Source: an uncultured Chloroflexia bacterium (GTDB lineage Bacteria; Chloroflexota; Limnocylindria; Limnocylindrales; CSP1-4). From it: 64,000 nt of DNA. The translations under genes were made by a program, and so were the position numbers. Position 1 is the first letter of the stretch, and the number at the start of each line of letters is the position of its first letter. The DNA is taken from NCBI GenBank assembly GCA_963828165.1, contig CAWHDR010000001.1, positions 352,001 through 416,000 of the forward strand, written 5' to 3'. The notes below the pieces were generated by a model. That model saw nothing but the letters and a program-made list of their open reading frames with translations, was not told the DNA's origin and ran no database searches. Of the stretch, positions 47,191 through 57,697 are shown piece by piece.

Positions 47191-48453
47191 TTGCTCGCTG
47201 TGTCGACCCTCGACGAGCGCGACGCCCGCCGGGCTCGGGTCGCCGTCAGTGCCCTGTTCCTGGTCAACGGCGCGCTCATGGCCAACGTCCTGCCTCGCCT
47301 GCCGGCGATCAAGGCCCAGCTCGAGCTGACGAACGCGGCCCTCGGCACGGCGGTCGCGGCGATGCCCGTCGGTGGATTGATCGCGGGTGCGGCCGCCGGC
47401 ATGCTGATCGTGCGCTACTCGAGCCGGCGGGTGACGGTCGCCACGGGCGTCGCCTACGGCCTGCTGCTCGGGTCGATCGGCCTGGCTCCCGGCTGGCTCG
47501 CGCTGGCCGCGGCGTTTCTCGTCCTGGGGATGCTCGATGCCGTGATGGATTCGGCGACGAACGCGCACGGCATCGCGGTCCAGCGGAGCTACGGCCGCTC
47601 GATCATGCACGGCTTCCACGGATGGTGGAGCGCCGGCACCCTGCTGGGAGCGGGCATGGGAGCGATGGCGGCCGCACTCGAGATCCCGCTGCTCGTCCAT
47701 CTCGTCGTCGTCGGGATCGTCCTGGCCGGCGTATCGGTCGCGGCGATGCCATTCCTGCTGCGCAGTCGAGGCGTGGACGCTGCGGAGGCCGGCTTCCCGC
47801 GCCTGTCCGAGGCTGGCGATCCGGCGTCCGGGTCGGCCCTGCGCGCGGTGCGCCTGCTCGGTCTCCTCGCGCCGTTTGCGTTGATCGGGGTCCTCGGGGT
47901 GATGCTCGAGGATGCGGCCCAGACCTGGAGCACCATCTACCTGACCGACGTACTTGGCGCGGGCGTCGGGGTGGCGGCGCTGGCCGTCGTCCTCTACACC
48001 GCGGGCATGACCGTCGGGCGCCTGACCAATGACCGCTGGGTCGATCGATGGGGCGACACCACCGTGGCGCGAAGCGGCGCGGTCGTGGCAACCGCCGGAC
48101 TCGTCCTCGTGGTCGCGGCGGGTTCGTGGGCGGCAGTGCCCGTGGCGGCTGCCGGGTTCGCTCTGGTCGGGCTCGGGACCGCACCGCTCTTCCCGGTCAT
48201 GATCTCGGCCGCGGGCTCGGTGCCCGGCGTGCCATCCGGACAGGGCGTCGCGGTCGTCGCCTGGCTGGCCCGCGCTGGCTTCGTCATCGCGCCGACGCTG
48301 GTCGGCGTCGTGGCCGACGGCGTCGGCCTGAGTGCCGCGCTCGTCATCCCGCTCGTCGCCGGCATCGCGGTCGCCGTGCTCATGGGCTCCCTCCTGCGCG
48401 CGAGCGGGCGCCGCCGGCTGCCCGACGCCCGCGAGATCATCGTTGATGCTTGA
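47191..48453 (+). CDS. MFS transporter (fucose permease/YbjJ-like)
   Basis: About 12 TM; RLPAIK, GRSIMHGFHGWWS, MTVGRL..DR; start may be GTG 47200. Confidence 0.88.
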   Translation: MLAVSTLDERDARRARVAVSALFLVNGALMANVLPRLPAIKAQLELTNAALGTAVAAMPVGGLIAGAAAGMLIVRYSSRRVTVATGVAYGLLLGSIGLAPGWLALAAAFLVLGMLDAVMDSATNAHGIAVQRSYGRSIMHGFHGWWSAGTLLGAGMGAMAAALEIPLLVHLVVVGIVLAGVSVAAMPFLLRSRGVDAAEAGFPRLSEAGDPASGSALRAVRLLGLLAPFALIGVLGVMLEDAAQTWSTIYLTDVLGAGVGVAALAVVLYTAGMTVGRLTNDRWVDRWGDTTVARSGAVVATAGLVLVVAAGSWAAVPVAAAGFALVGLGTAPLFPVMISAAGSVPGVPSGQGVAVVAWLARAGFVIAPTLVGVVADGVGLSAALVIPLVAGIAVAVLMGSLLRASGRRRLPDAREIIVDA

Positions 48454-48477
48454 CTCGATCGACCCCTTGGAGGACGC

Positions 48478-50154
48478 GTGACCGTTGACGATGCGGCCCG
48501 GCCGTGGTGGCGCGACGCCGTCGTGTACCAGCTCTACATCCGCAGCTTCGCCGACGCTGACGGTGACGGGATCGGCGACATCGCGGGCATCCGCTCGCGA
48601 TTGCCGTACCTGCGTGACCTTGGCGTGGATGCCATCTGGATCAACCCGTGGTTTCCCTCCCCGATGGCCGACGGCGGCTACGACGTGGCCGACTATCGCG
48701 ACATCGATCCGTTGTTCGGGACCCTCGCCGATGCCGACGCCCTGATCGCCGAGGCGCACGGGCTTGGCCTCCGGGTCCTGCTCGACATCGTGCCGAACCA
48801 CACATCGGACCGGCATGCATGGTTCGTCAGCGCCGTCGCGGCCGGCCCCGGCAGCCCCGAGCGTCTGCGCTACCTCTTTCGCGAGGGGCGTGGGCAGGGC
48901 GGGAACGAGCCGCCGACGGACTGGGAGAGCGTCTTCGGTGGACCGGCCTGGACTCGAGTGGTGGAACCGGACGGGCAGCCCGGACAGTGGTACCTCCACC
49001 TGTTCGCGCCGGAGCAACCCGACCTCGACTGGAACCACCCGGAGGTACGCGCCGAGTTCGAGGCAATCCTGCGGTTCTGGTACGAGCGTGGCGCGGACGG
49101 CTTCCGCATCGACGTCGCGCACGGGCTGGTGAAGGATCCCGCGTTCCCGGACCTCGGGCCGCGCCTGCGGGCGCCGCGGGCCGGCGACCCGCGACCGCAC
49201 CCGCACTGGGACCAGGACGGCGTCCACGACATCTACCGGCGCTGGCGAGCGGTTGCCGATTCCTACGGCCAGCGGCCATTCGTGGCCGAGGTGTTCGTCT
49301 CGCACCCGGAACGACTGGCCCGGTTCGTCCGGCCGGACGAGCTGCACACCGCGTTCGATTTCCGGTTCCTCAAGGCGGGTTGGGAGCCGAAGCGGCTGCG
49401 CGAGGCGATCGCCGACGGGTTGCGCGCGCTCGAGCCCGTCGGGGCGCCGGCGACCTGGGTCCTGTCCAACCACGACCAGACCCGGCACGTCACCCGGCTG
49501 GGTCGGGCGGCGGCGACGGCACCGGAAGCGGTGCTGCCGCTCGGGCCTGCGGGCACGACGCTGCCCGTGACGGGGTCGAGCGATCTTGCCCTCGGCCGCC
49601 GGCGGGCCCGGGCGGCCGTGCTGCTGATGCTGGCGCTGCCTGGATCTGCCTACCTCTACCAGGGCGAGGAGCTCGGGCTCGAGGAGGTCCTCGATCTGCC
49701 CGACGAGCTCCTCCAGGACCCGGCCTGGCTGCGCTCCGGGCATACGATCCGGGGTCGTGACGGCTGTCGCGTTCCGCTGCCCTGGACCGACGGCGCGTCC
49801 CCGTTCGGATTCGGGCCGCCGGGGTCCGAGCCGTGGCTGCCCCAGCCGGCGGGCTGGGGCGAGCTCAGCGTCGCCGCGCAGACGGGGGACCCAGCGTCCA
49901 TGTTGGAGCTGTACCGGTCCGCCCTCCGGCTGCGGCGCGAGCATCCGGGCTTCCGGAGCGATGGCATGACCTGGCTGGACGCCCCCGAGGGGGTGCTCCG
50001 GTTCCGGCGTGGCGACGGCCTCGAGGTGGTCGTCAACGTGACCGCGGACGACGTGCGCCTGGACCGGAGCGGCCGCCGGGTGCTGCTCGCGAGCGTGCCG
50101 CTGGACGACGGCGGCGATGTCCTACCCGGCGACGCCGCCGCCTGGCTGGGCTGA
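48478..50154 (+). CDS. GH13 alpha-glucosidase / oligo-1,6-glucosidase
   Basis: WWRDAVVYQLY.RSFAD, DIVPNHTS, DGFRIDVAH, FVAEV, LSNHD, YQGEELG, GRDGCRVPLPW. Confidence 0.95.
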   Translation: MTVDDAARPWWRDAVVYQLYIRSFADADGDGIGDIAGIRSRLPYLRDLGVDAIWINPWFPSPMADGGYDVADYRDIDPLFGTLADADALIAEAHGLGLRVLLDIVPNHTSDRHAWFVSAVAAGPGSPERLRYLFREGRGQGGNEPPTDWESVFGGPAWTRVVEPDGQPGQWYLHLFAPEQPDLDWNHPEVRAEFEAILRFWYERGADGFRIDVAHGLVKDPAFPDLGPRLRAPRAGDPRPHPHWDQDGVHDIYRRWRAVADSYGQRPFVAEVFVSHPERLARFVRPDELHTAFDFRFLKAGWEPKRLREAIADGLRALEPVGAPATWVLSNHDQTRHVTRLGRAAATAPEAVLPLGPAGTTLPVTGSSDLALGRRRARAAVLLMLALPGSAYLYQGEELGLEEVLDLPDELLQDPAWLRSGHTIRGRDGCRVPLPWTDGASPFGFGPPGSEPWLPQPAGWGELSVAAQTGDPASMLELYRSALRLRREHPGFRSDGMTWLDAPEGVLRFRRGDGLEVVVNVTADDVRLDRSGRRVLLASVPLDDGGDVLPGDAAAWLG

Positions 50155-51348
50155 CAGCGGATCGGCTGCCCGCGGCGCCCCTCTCCCCTTCGGGACCACG
50201 AACCAGCCGAGGGTCGCCGCCGCCAGGGCCATGAATGCGCCCAGGCCGAACACGGCGACGTGTCCGAGCGAGTCGTACAGGATTCCGCCCACGATGTTCG
50301 CGACGATGGCGGCGACCCCGAAGGCACTCGTTTGGAAGAGCGACTGCCCGGTCGCCTGGAGGTCGGCCGGCAGGAGGGCCGCGATCGTCAGGACGACGGC
50401 GACGATGACGCCGCCGAACCCGATCCCGCTGAGCGCGCGGGTCGCGATGATCGCGACGGGAACATCGAGGACGGCCCAGGCCGCCAGCGCCGCCGCGTAG
50501 ATGAGGGCGCTGCCGACGAACATGCCGCGCAGACCGATGATCCGCGCCACCGCCGCGGCCACGAGCATGGTCGGGATCTCGGCCGCCGCGGAGAGACCCG
50601 ATGAGAGCGCGACGTCGGACGGCGAGCCACCGATGGCCGCGAGTCGCAGGGGCAGGAATGTGAACCCGACGATCACCCCGACGAAAAGCATCGCTGCCGC
50701 GGTCAGCACGAGGGCAAGCCGGGGTGCCACCCGCAGCGCGACGCCCGCCGACCCTGACCACGAGGCCCGGGCGGCGTCGCTCGCGGATGCGCCGGCGTGC
50801 CGCGCGTGCGCGGCGAGATCGGCGCGCTGGACGTCGGGCACGCGTGTGGCGATCACGGCCATGGACACGGCTGCCACGCCGAACAGCACGAACGCGGCGG
50901 CGTAGCCCGTCACGTTGTAGATGAAGCCCGCAACGATCGTGGCGACCGCGAAGGACAGGCTGGTGAGCAGCCGAACGCGGCCGTAGTCGCGGCCACGCAG
51001 GGCATTGACCGTCACGGCGTCGGCAAGGGGCTGCCACGACGACTCGAAGACCCAGAAGACCGCGAACAGGATCGCGATCACGAGCGCTGGCCACGGCAGC
51101 AGCAGCGCGACGATCGCAAGCCCCGCCCCGACCGCACAGACCTGCAACGTCCGCGGACGCCCGAGCCTGACGTCGGCGAGATGGCCCCATGCCGGCACGG
51201 CGATGGTGAAGCCGACCGCGCCGATCGACGCGATCGCACCGATCTCGCCCGCGCTGAACCCGAATCCCTGGAGGATCACGGCGATGAACGGGTAGAAGAC
51301 TCCGAGCGCGACCCCGAGCGCGAGGACGAGGAGGCGGACGGCGATCAC
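50122..51348 (-). CDS. MFS transporter (MFS_1_like, HcaT/MalA-like)
   Basis: About 12 TM; WG.LAD, DYGRVRL..S, AEIP. Confidence 0.88.
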   Translation of the reverse strand: MIAVRLLVLALGVALGVFYPFIAVILQGFGFSAGEIGAIASIGAVGFTIAVPAWGHLADVRLGRPRTLQVCAVGAGLAIVALLLPWPALVIAILFAVFWVFESSWQPLADAVTVNALRGRDYGRVRLLTSLSFAVATIVAGFIYNVTGYAAAFVLFGVAAVSMAVIATRVPDVQRADLAAHARHAGASASDAARASWSGSAGVALRVAPRLALVLTAAAMLFVGVIVGFTFLPLRLAAIGGSPSDVALSSGLSAAAEIPTMLVAAAVARIIGLRGMFVGSALIYAAALAAWAVLDVPVAIIATRALSGIGFGGVIVAVVLTIAALLPADLQATGQSLFQTSAFGVAAIVANIVGGILYDSLGHVAVFGLGAFMALAAATLGWFVVPKGRGAPRAADPLSAQPGGGVAG

Positions 51349-51443
51349 GGCGCGGATGGTAGCGCCGTTGGCATACGGGGGTAGGCCAACGTCCGCGCGA
51401 CGCCCCAGCGACGGCCTCAGCCGATTCGCCGCAGACTGCGGAG

Positions 51444-52418
51444 ATGACCCCGTCCGTCGAGAGCGATGTTGCGCTGCGCGCTGAGGGGCTCGGCCGCAGG
51501 TTCGGGGACCGCTGGGCCGTGCGTGGGATCGACCTCGAGGTCCGCCGCGGCGAGGTCCTTGGCCTCCTCGGTCCCAACGGCGCCGGGAAGACGACGACGG
51601 TGCGCCTCCTCGCGGCCCTCATCCGACCGACCGAGGGCACCGCGGCCGTCGACGGCTTCGACGTCGCCAAGCAACCCGACGACGTCCGCGCACGTGTCGG
51701 GATCCTGACCGAGACACCGGGGCTGTACGACAAGCTCTCGGCATACGCCAATCTCGATTTCTTCGGCCGGCTGTACAGCCTCGATTCCGCGCAACGAGCC
51801 AGCGGCATCGAGCGATACCTGCGTCTCTTCGGCCTCTGGGAACGGCGAGACGACGTGACCGGCACGTTCAGCAAGGGCATGAAGCAGAAGCTCGCCATCG
51901 CACGGGCATTGCTCCACGATCCGGCGGTCGTGTTCCTGGACGAGCCGACCGCCGCCCTGGACCCGGAGGCTGCGTTCATCGTTCGCGAATCGATCGAGAC
52001 GATGCGGCGGGCCGGTCGGACGATCGTGCTCGCCACGCACAACCTCGACGAGGCGGATCGGCTGTGCGACCGCATCGCGTTCGTTCGCGCCGGTTTCGTG
52101 CGGGTCGATTCGCCCGCTGCCCTGCGCGGGTCGCTCGGGACCCAGACGCTGAAGATCCGGCTGGCCGGCAGCGCGTCCCCGGCCGCCGTGGAAGCGCTGC
52201 GTTCGGTGGATGGGGTCGTCGCGGTCGACGCGGTCGATGGCGTCCTCCGACTCGGCGCCCCGGACCCCGAATCTGTGGCACCGGCGGCAGTTCGGGCGCT
52301 GGTCGCCTCCGGCGGCGAGGTCGTCGAGGTCAGCATCGAGCGGACGTCGCTCGAGCAGATCTATTTCGACGTCATGGGCGTGCGGCCTGGCGCGGACGGC
52401 ATCGAGGCGCCTTCCTGA
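51444..52418 (+). CDS. ABC exporter ATP-binding protein
   Basis: GPNGAGKTT, FSKGMKQK, FLDEPT, ATHNL. Confidence 0.94.
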   Translation: MTPSVESDVALRAEGLGRRFGDRWAVRGIDLEVRRGEVLGLLGPNGAGKTTTVRLLAALIRPTEGTAAVDGFDVAKQPDDVRARVGILTETPGLYDKLSAYANLDFFGRLYSLDSAQRASGIERYLRLFGLWERRDDVTGTFSKGMKQKLAIARALLHDPAVVFLDEPTAALDPEAAFIVRESIETMRRAGRTIVLATHNLDEADRLCDRIAFVRAGFVRVDSPAALRGSLGTQTLKIRLAGSASPAAVEALRSVDGVVAVDAVDGVLRLGAPDPESVAPAAVRALVASGGEVVEVSIERTSLEQIYFDVMGVRPGADGIEAPS

Positions 52419-53206
52419 TGCGAGCCTCGATCGTCTGGACGATCCTCCGCCGGGAGTGGATGGAGATCCTGCGCAACCGGTTGCTGTTGTCGACGATCCT
52501 GCTGCCGCCGGTCCTCCTGACGGTCGCGCCCATCATCCTGGCCGGCGCCCTGGGCAACCGCGCGCTGCCGCCCGAGCTGGCAGCGCAGATCCTCGCCCAG
52601 CGGCCGGACTGGGCCTCCTTCGCGCCGGCCGAGCTCGCGGGCGCCTTCGCGGTCCAGCAGTTCCTCGTGTTCTTCCTGCTGATGCCGGCCTACATCCCCT
52701 TGTCGATCGCGACGTTTTCGATCATCGGCGAGAAGTTGTCGCGGTCGCTGGAACCCGTGCTCGCCGCGCCGATCCGGACCGTGGAGCTGCTGGCGGGAAA
52801 GGCCATCGCCGCGCTCGTGCCGGGCGTGCTCGCGGGCTGGGCGACGTACATCGTGTTCGTGGCGCTCGCGTCGGTCGTCTACGGCCCTGCGCTGTTCGGG
52901 GTGGTGACTGACGCGTCGTGGCTTGCCGGGGTCTTCCTCCTCGGGCCCGCGGTCGGGCTGTCGTCGGTCGTGGCCGGAGTGATCGTCAGTGCGCGGGTCA
53001 ACGACCCGCGCGTCGCGCAGCAGATCGGCGGCGTGATCATCGTGCCCATCGTCGGGCTCGTGCTGGTCCAGGCCACGGGGACGCTGCTGGTCGGGCCGAC
53101 GGGCTATGTGCTGATGACGATCATCGTGCTGGTCATCTCGCTGGAGGGGCTGCGGGTCGGAGTCCGTCTGTTCGACCGGGAGGCGATCCTCACCCGCTGG
53201 CGATGA
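52418..53206 (+). CDS. ABC-2 exporter permease
   Basis: TGATG coupling; SIIGEK..RSLEPVLAAP...ELLAGK; FDREAILTRW. Confidence 0.9.
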   Translation: MRASIVWTILRREWMEILRNRLLLSTILLPPVLLTVAPIILAGALGNRALPPELAAQILAQRPDWASFAPAELAGAFAVQQFLVFFLLMPAYIPLSIATFSIIGEKLSRSLEPVLAAPIRTVELLAGKAIAALVPGVLAGWATYIVFVALASVVYGPALFGVVTDASWLAGVFLLGPAVGLSSVVAGVIVSARVNDPRVAQQIGGVIIVPIVGLVLVQATGTLLVGPTGYVLMTIIVLVISLEGLRVGVRLFDREAILTRWR

Positions 53207-53265
53207 GGCTGGCCGGCCGGGAAACTTGACATACCTCGGTAGGCCAAGCGCCCTATGATGCGGAG

Positions 53266-54192
53266 GTGACCGGTGTCCGCGCCACTCGCACCGAGTGGAT
53301 CCTCTTCCTGATCCTCGGCTTCATGTGGGGGTCGTCGTACCTCTTCATCAAGATCGCCGTGGACTCGTTCGGGACCTTCACGCTCGTCGCGCTGCGGCTC
53401 CTGATCGGCGCCGCGTTCCTGTGGGTCGCCTTCCGCATGAACGGCACGTCCCTGCCGCGCGAGCGACGGATCTACGGCCACCTCGTGGTCATGGCCCTGA
53501 TCAACATCACGATCCCGTTCGGCCTGATCACCTGGGCGGAGCAGTCCGTCGACAGCGCCCTGGCCGCGATCCTCAACGCGACCGTCCCGTTGATGGTCAT
53601 CGTCATCGCGCCGATGTTCCTGCCCGACGAGCCGATCCGCCTCAACGGCGTCGTCGGGCTCGCCGTGGGGTTCATCGGGGTCGTGCTGCTCGTGTCACCC
53701 GGCCTCACGACCGCGACCGGGGACCTGCCCGGCAGCATCGCGTTGCTGGGGTCGTCGCTGGCCTACGCGCTGGGCAACGTCTACAACCGGCGCAACGTCC
53801 GTGGCCTCCCACCGCTGGTGCCGGCCGTGTTCCAGGTCACGTTCGCCCTCATCATCGTCTCGGTCCTCGCGCTCATCCTGGAACAGCCGTGGACGGCGCG
53901 GCCGGACCTCGGGGACTGGTTCTCGGTGGTCTGGCTCGGGGTCTTCGGGTCCGGACTGGCGTACGTGCTGTACTTCCGCCTGCTGGGTCGTTGGGGGGCA
54001 ACGCGCACGTCGTTGGTGGCGTACCTCCTGCCGGTCTACGGGATCGTGCTGGGTTTCCTGGTCCTCCAGGAGCCGGTCGATGCGACGCTCATCGTAGGGA
54101 CCGCCCTCGTCATCGCGGGCGTCGCGCTGGTCAACAGCCCGTGGGGGCAGCGCCGCCTGTTTCGGGCCCGCGTCCCGGCCGAAACGGCGTAG
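53266..54192 (+). CDS. DMT/EamA family transporter
   Basis: WGSSYLFIKIAV, AAILNATVP, YLLPV; 10 TM. Confidence 0.92.
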   Translation: MTGVRATRTEWILFLILGFMWGSSYLFIKIAVDSFGTFTLVALRLLIGAAFLWVAFRMNGTSLPRERRIYGHLVVMALINITIPFGLITWAEQSVDSALAAILNATVPLMVIVIAPMFLPDEPIRLNGVVGLAVGFIGVVLLVSPGLTTATGDLPGSIALLGSSLAYALGNVYNRRNVRGLPPLVPAVFQVTFALIIVSVLALILEQPWTARPDLGDWFSVVWLGVFGSGLAYVLYFRLLGRWGATRTSLVAYLLPVYGIVLGFLVLQEPVDATLIVGTALVIAGVALVNSPWGQRRLFRARVPAETA

Positions 54193-54212
54193 CGCGGCCC
54201 GGCCGCAGTCGA

Positions 54213-55097
54213 TCACCGGCCCGGCACCGCCAGCAGGATCGCCCCGACCACGATGAGCGCTGACGCGCCGACCCGACGCCAGGTCTCGCGCCGGCTGACC
54301 GCCTCGCCAAGCCGTACCGAGCCCCACGCGGCCGCGAACACCGTCGCGGATTCGCGCAGCGGTGCGACACCCGACAGGGGCGCCACGCTCAGGGCCCACA
54401 GGATCAGCACATACGCCCCGAGCGTCAGCCAGCCGCCGATCGCGGCGCTGCGAACCTCACGCTGACCCCCGGCGAAGACGTCACCACCGGCCACGAACCG
54501 GACCCAGAGCGCGAGCGCGATGGACGTGGTCACCCACAGGATCGCGGCGTATGAGAGCGGGTGGATCAGCTGGGCCCCCAGGCGATCGACCGCGCTGTAG
54601 GTCGCGATCGTCACCCCGGTTGCCAGCGCGAACGCGATCGCCGGGTCGAGGCCGCGACGGTCACCACGTATCGCACGCCACGGCTGCTGGAGCACCATGA
54701 AGCCGACGAGCAGCAGCACCACGCCCAGCGACCCCGGCACCCCCAGTCGCTCGCCGAACAACCCCACGCCGATCGCCACGGCGAGCAACGGCGCCGTTCC
54801 GCGCGCGATCGGATAGACGACCGACAGGTCGCCCCGCCGGTATGCCGCGGACAACAGGACGAAGTAGCCCGCCTCGATGACCCCGGACAGCAGACCGAGC
54901 GCGATCCCCTCCACGGGGAGTGCCGGGCGCCCGCCCAGCCACCAGGCGACGAGTCCCGCGGGCACGATCCCGACGGTCGCGGCCAGCATCCCGACCGTCG
55001 CCGCGCGCAGTGGGTCGCCGGCGGTCTTGAGCCGGACGTTCCACGCGACGTGCAGGAGCGCGCTGACCGCGACGAGGGCGATGACGAATGGGTCCAC
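54213..55097 (-). CDS. DMT/EamA family transporter
   Basis: SALLHVAWN, AYRRGDLSVVYPIARG, VAPLRES. Confidence 0.9.
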   Translation of the reverse strand: MDPFVIALVAVSALLHVAWNVRLKTAGDPLRAATVGMLAATVGIVPAGLVAWWLGGRPALPVEGIALGLLSGVIEAGYFVLLSAAYRRGDLSVVYPIARGTAPLLAVAIGVGLFGERLGVPGSLGVVLLLVGFMVLQQPWRAIRGDRRGLDPAIAFALATGVTIATYSAVDRLGAQLIHPLSYAAILWVTTSIALALWVRFVAGGDVFAGGQREVRSAAIGGWLTLGAYVLILWALSVAPLSGVAPLRESATVFAAAWGSVRLGEAVSRRETWRRVGASALIVVGAILLAVPGR

Positions 55098-55106
55098 GAC
55101 CGGACG

Positions 55107-56786
55107 TTACCTGTCGAGGTCCCTCCGCTGCAGGCCCCACGCCCCGACGAGCAGGCCACCGACTGCGAGGACCGCGGCCACGATGGTCCCGACCGGATCG
55201 AAGCTGCCAGCCATCGGCTGTCCGAGATGCCGATACAGCGACAGGTCGAGCACGACATCCGGCAGGTCGAGCGCCTCGCCGAGCGTGTCCAGCAGGAACG
55301 TCGCGATCACGAGGCCTGCCGCGACGGGCGCCGCCAGCGATGCCCGGACGAGTCCGCCCACGGCGAGACCGATCCCGGCGAACGCCGCGGTGGCCAGACC
55401 GAGCACGCCCACCCCCAGGACGGGATCGACGACGTCGCTGGCCTGCGTCGCGATGCCGACCCCGACGAAGACCGCGAGGACGAGGCTCATCACGCCGATC
55501 GCGGCGAGCACCCCGAGCCCGCTCTCGATCGCCCATCGCGCGCGCGACAGCGGCGCAGCCAGCACGAGGTCGAGCCGGCGCCGGCCCTCATCGCTCGACC
55601 AGCCGGCGAGGAAGCTGGCGCCCGCCAGCCCGAGGATGAACGAGCCGAAGGCGAAGAACGTGAGTTGCAGCAGACCGGATGGCTGCCCAAGGTCGATATC
55701 GGGGTAGATCGCCTTGATGAGCGCGCCGATCTGCGGGATCGATCCGATCATCTCCGAGAAGGCCTGCGCGGACGCGATGATCAGGAGCGCGTAGATGCCC
55801 ACCCCCACACCCCACGCGATGGCGATGCCGGCACGATCGGCGAGCTGACGCGTGAACGGTCCGCCGATCCCCGCCGGGAGCGATGGGAGGCGCAGCCAGC
55901 GCAGCGCCGCTGAGTCGCCGAGGTCCCGCCGTTCGAATGCGATGAGGCCGACGGCCAGGAACACGGCCGTGACGGCCGCGAGGATCCCGAGCGACGGCCA
56001 GTCGGACACGCCGGCCAAAGGCCGATGGCCCGCGGTCCAGCTGTACCAGGACAACGGCCGCAGGGTATCGATGGCCGGGGACAGCGACGCATACGAGTTG
56101 ATGAGGTAGCCCGCGAACAGCGCCACCAGCCCGAACGCGGCGGCACGTGTCCGCCCGACGAACGGCGCCGTCGCGAAGGCGAGCGACCCGGCGGCGAGCA
56201 TCAGGAGCCCGTACAGGAGCGCCTGGCCCAGGGAGGATGCGAAGGAGAAATCATCGCCGGGCAGCACGGCGAAGGCGACCCCCGCCAGCCACGTGACGAA
56301 CGCGAACAGCAGCATCGCGACGACCAGGGCCGTGACGTGGCCGGCGAGTTTCTGGAGCGCCACCGATCGCCGGCTCGTCGGCGTCGAGGCGAGCAGGTCC
56401 AGGCTGCCCTTCGCGGCCTCACCGGCGAGCGTGCCCGACAGTGCCAGCACCGACCACAGGCCCAGGATGACCGGGAGCGTGTTGCCGACGCGCCAGGAGA
56501 TGAACCCGCCGAGTGTCTCGATGTGGATCGGCTCCCCCAGCAGGCCGCGCAGCGCCAGCGGCAGCGCGGTCATGCCGGCGATGAACTGTTGGCGGAGGGC
56601 CATCGTGCCGAATTCGAGGCCGTACGGCGCGGCCGTCGCCAGCATGAACAGGCCCCCGAGCCCACCCACGACGAGGGCCGCGCGACGGCTGTCCCGGACG
56701 GTCTTGGCGTAGATCGATCGGAGGCCCATCACCCGCGACCACGGCATCGACCGGCCCGCGCGGAGCGGGCGGACGTCAACGGCCAT
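55107..56786 (-). CDS. ABC-2 exporter permease (internally duplicated, about 12 TM)
   Basis: AGEAAKGSLDLLASTP and SSDEGRRRLDLVLAAP duplicated motifs. Confidence 0.88.
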   Translation of the reverse strand: MAVDVRPLRAGRSMPWSRVMGLRSIYAKTVRDSRRAALVVGGLGGLFMLATAAPYGLEFGTMALRQQFIAGMTALPLALRGLLGEPIHIETLGGFISWRVGNTLPVILGLWSVLALSGTLAGEAAKGSLDLLASTPTSRRSVALQKLAGHVTALVVAMLLFAFVTWLAGVAFAVLPGDDFSFASSLGQALLYGLLMLAAGSLAFATAPFVGRTRAAAFGLVALFAGYLINSYASLSPAIDTLRPLSWYSWTAGHRPLAGVSDWPSLGILAAVTAVFLAVGLIAFERRDLGDSAALRWLRLPSLPAGIGGPFTRQLADRAGIAIAWGVGVGIYALLIIASAQAFSEMIGSIPQIGALIKAIYPDIDLGQPSGLLQLTFFAFGSFILGLAGASFLAGWSSDEGRRRLDLVLAAPLSRARWAIESGLGVLAAIGVMSLVLAVFVGVGIATQASDVVDPVLGVGVLGLATAAFAGIGLAVGGLVRASLAAPVAAGLVIATFLLDTLGEALDLPDVVLDLSLYRHLGQPMAGSFDPVGTIVAAVLAVGGLLVGAWGLQRRDLDR

Positions 56787-57672
56787 CGTGGGCTCCGTAC
56801 TGGGCGAGGAAGACATCCTCCAGATTCGGCTCGCGGCTGACGACGTCGACGATGCCGTGGGGCGCGGCCGCGGCGAGGACCCCACCGATCGGACCCGCGA
56901 CCCGCATCCGGACCACGTGACCGTCGACCTCGATGTCGCTGACGCCGTCGATCGACGAGAAGATCGCGCTCGCCACCGGCGCACTGAACTTCAGCTCGAC
57001 ATGGTGGAAGGCGAGCCGCCGGATGGCCTCGATGGAATCGACCTGGACGAGGCGGCCCTCCCGGATGATCGCGACGCGATCGCAGGTTCGATCGACCTCG
57101 TCGATGATGTGCGAGCTCAGGAACACGGTCCGCCCCTCAATGCGAGCCTCGCGCACGATGTCGAAGAAGGTCCGCTGGACGAGCGGATCCAGGCCGGACG
57201 TGGGCTCGTCGAGGATCAGCAGGTCCGGCCGGTGCTGGAGGGCCACGACCAGCCCGACCTTCTGCTTGTTCCCCTTCGAGTACTCCTTGAACCGCCGGCT
57301 GGGATCGAGATCCAGGCGCTCGATGAGCTCCGCGACGTACCCGGCATCGACGCCACCGCGCAGGTTGGCGAAATAGGCGATGGTGTCGGCGCCCGTCAGC
57401 CGGTCGTACAGGTCGAACTCACCGGGGAGGTAGCCGAGCCGTCGGTGGATCGCCACGGGGTCCGCGGTCGTCTCGATGCCGAAGACCTCGGCGCGCCCTG
57501 ACGTCGGGCGGATGAGGTCCAGCAGGACGCGCATCGTGGTCGTCTTGCCCGCGCCGTTGGGCCCGAGGAAGCCGAAGATCTCGCCCTCCTCGACGTCGAG
57601 GTCGAGCTCGGTGATGCCCCGATGGGGGCCGTAGCTCTTGGTGAGCTGCTCGGTGTGGATGACCGCGGTCAC
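56776..57672 (-). CDS. ABC exporter ATP-binding protein
   Basis: GPNGAGKTT, YSKGNKQK, ILDEPTSGLD, LSSH; AAGGAGG RBS before GTG 57672. Confidence 0.94.
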   Translation of the reverse strand: MTAVIHTEQLTKSYGPHRGITELDLDVEEGEIFGFLGPNGAGKTTTMRVLLDLIRPTSGRAEVFGIETTADPVAIHRRLGYLPGEFDLYDRLTGADTIAYFANLRGGVDAGYVAELIERLDLDPSRRFKEYSKGNKQKVGLVVALQHRPDLLILDEPTSGLDPLVQRTFFDIVREARIEGRTVFLSSHIIDEVDRTCDRVAIIREGRLVQVDSIEAIRRLAFHHVELKFSAPVASAIFSSIDGVSDIEVDGHVVRMRVAGPIGGVLAAAAPHGIVDVVSREPNLEDVFLAQYGAHDGR

Positions 57673-57697
57673 GCCGTTCCCTCCTTCGAGTCCATGC

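Noticed and set aside
46984-49944. 986-aa minus-strand ORF and other long antisense ORFs (e.g. 15261-17543, 50033-52336, 59337-61364)
   Set aside because: Shadow frames of well-supported genes on the opposite strand; expected in high-GC DNA; no recognisable motifs
53226-53259. TTGACA...TATGAT as a consensus sigma70 promoter
   Set aside because: The 22-bp spacer is too long; only the -10 element was kept as a leaderless candidate
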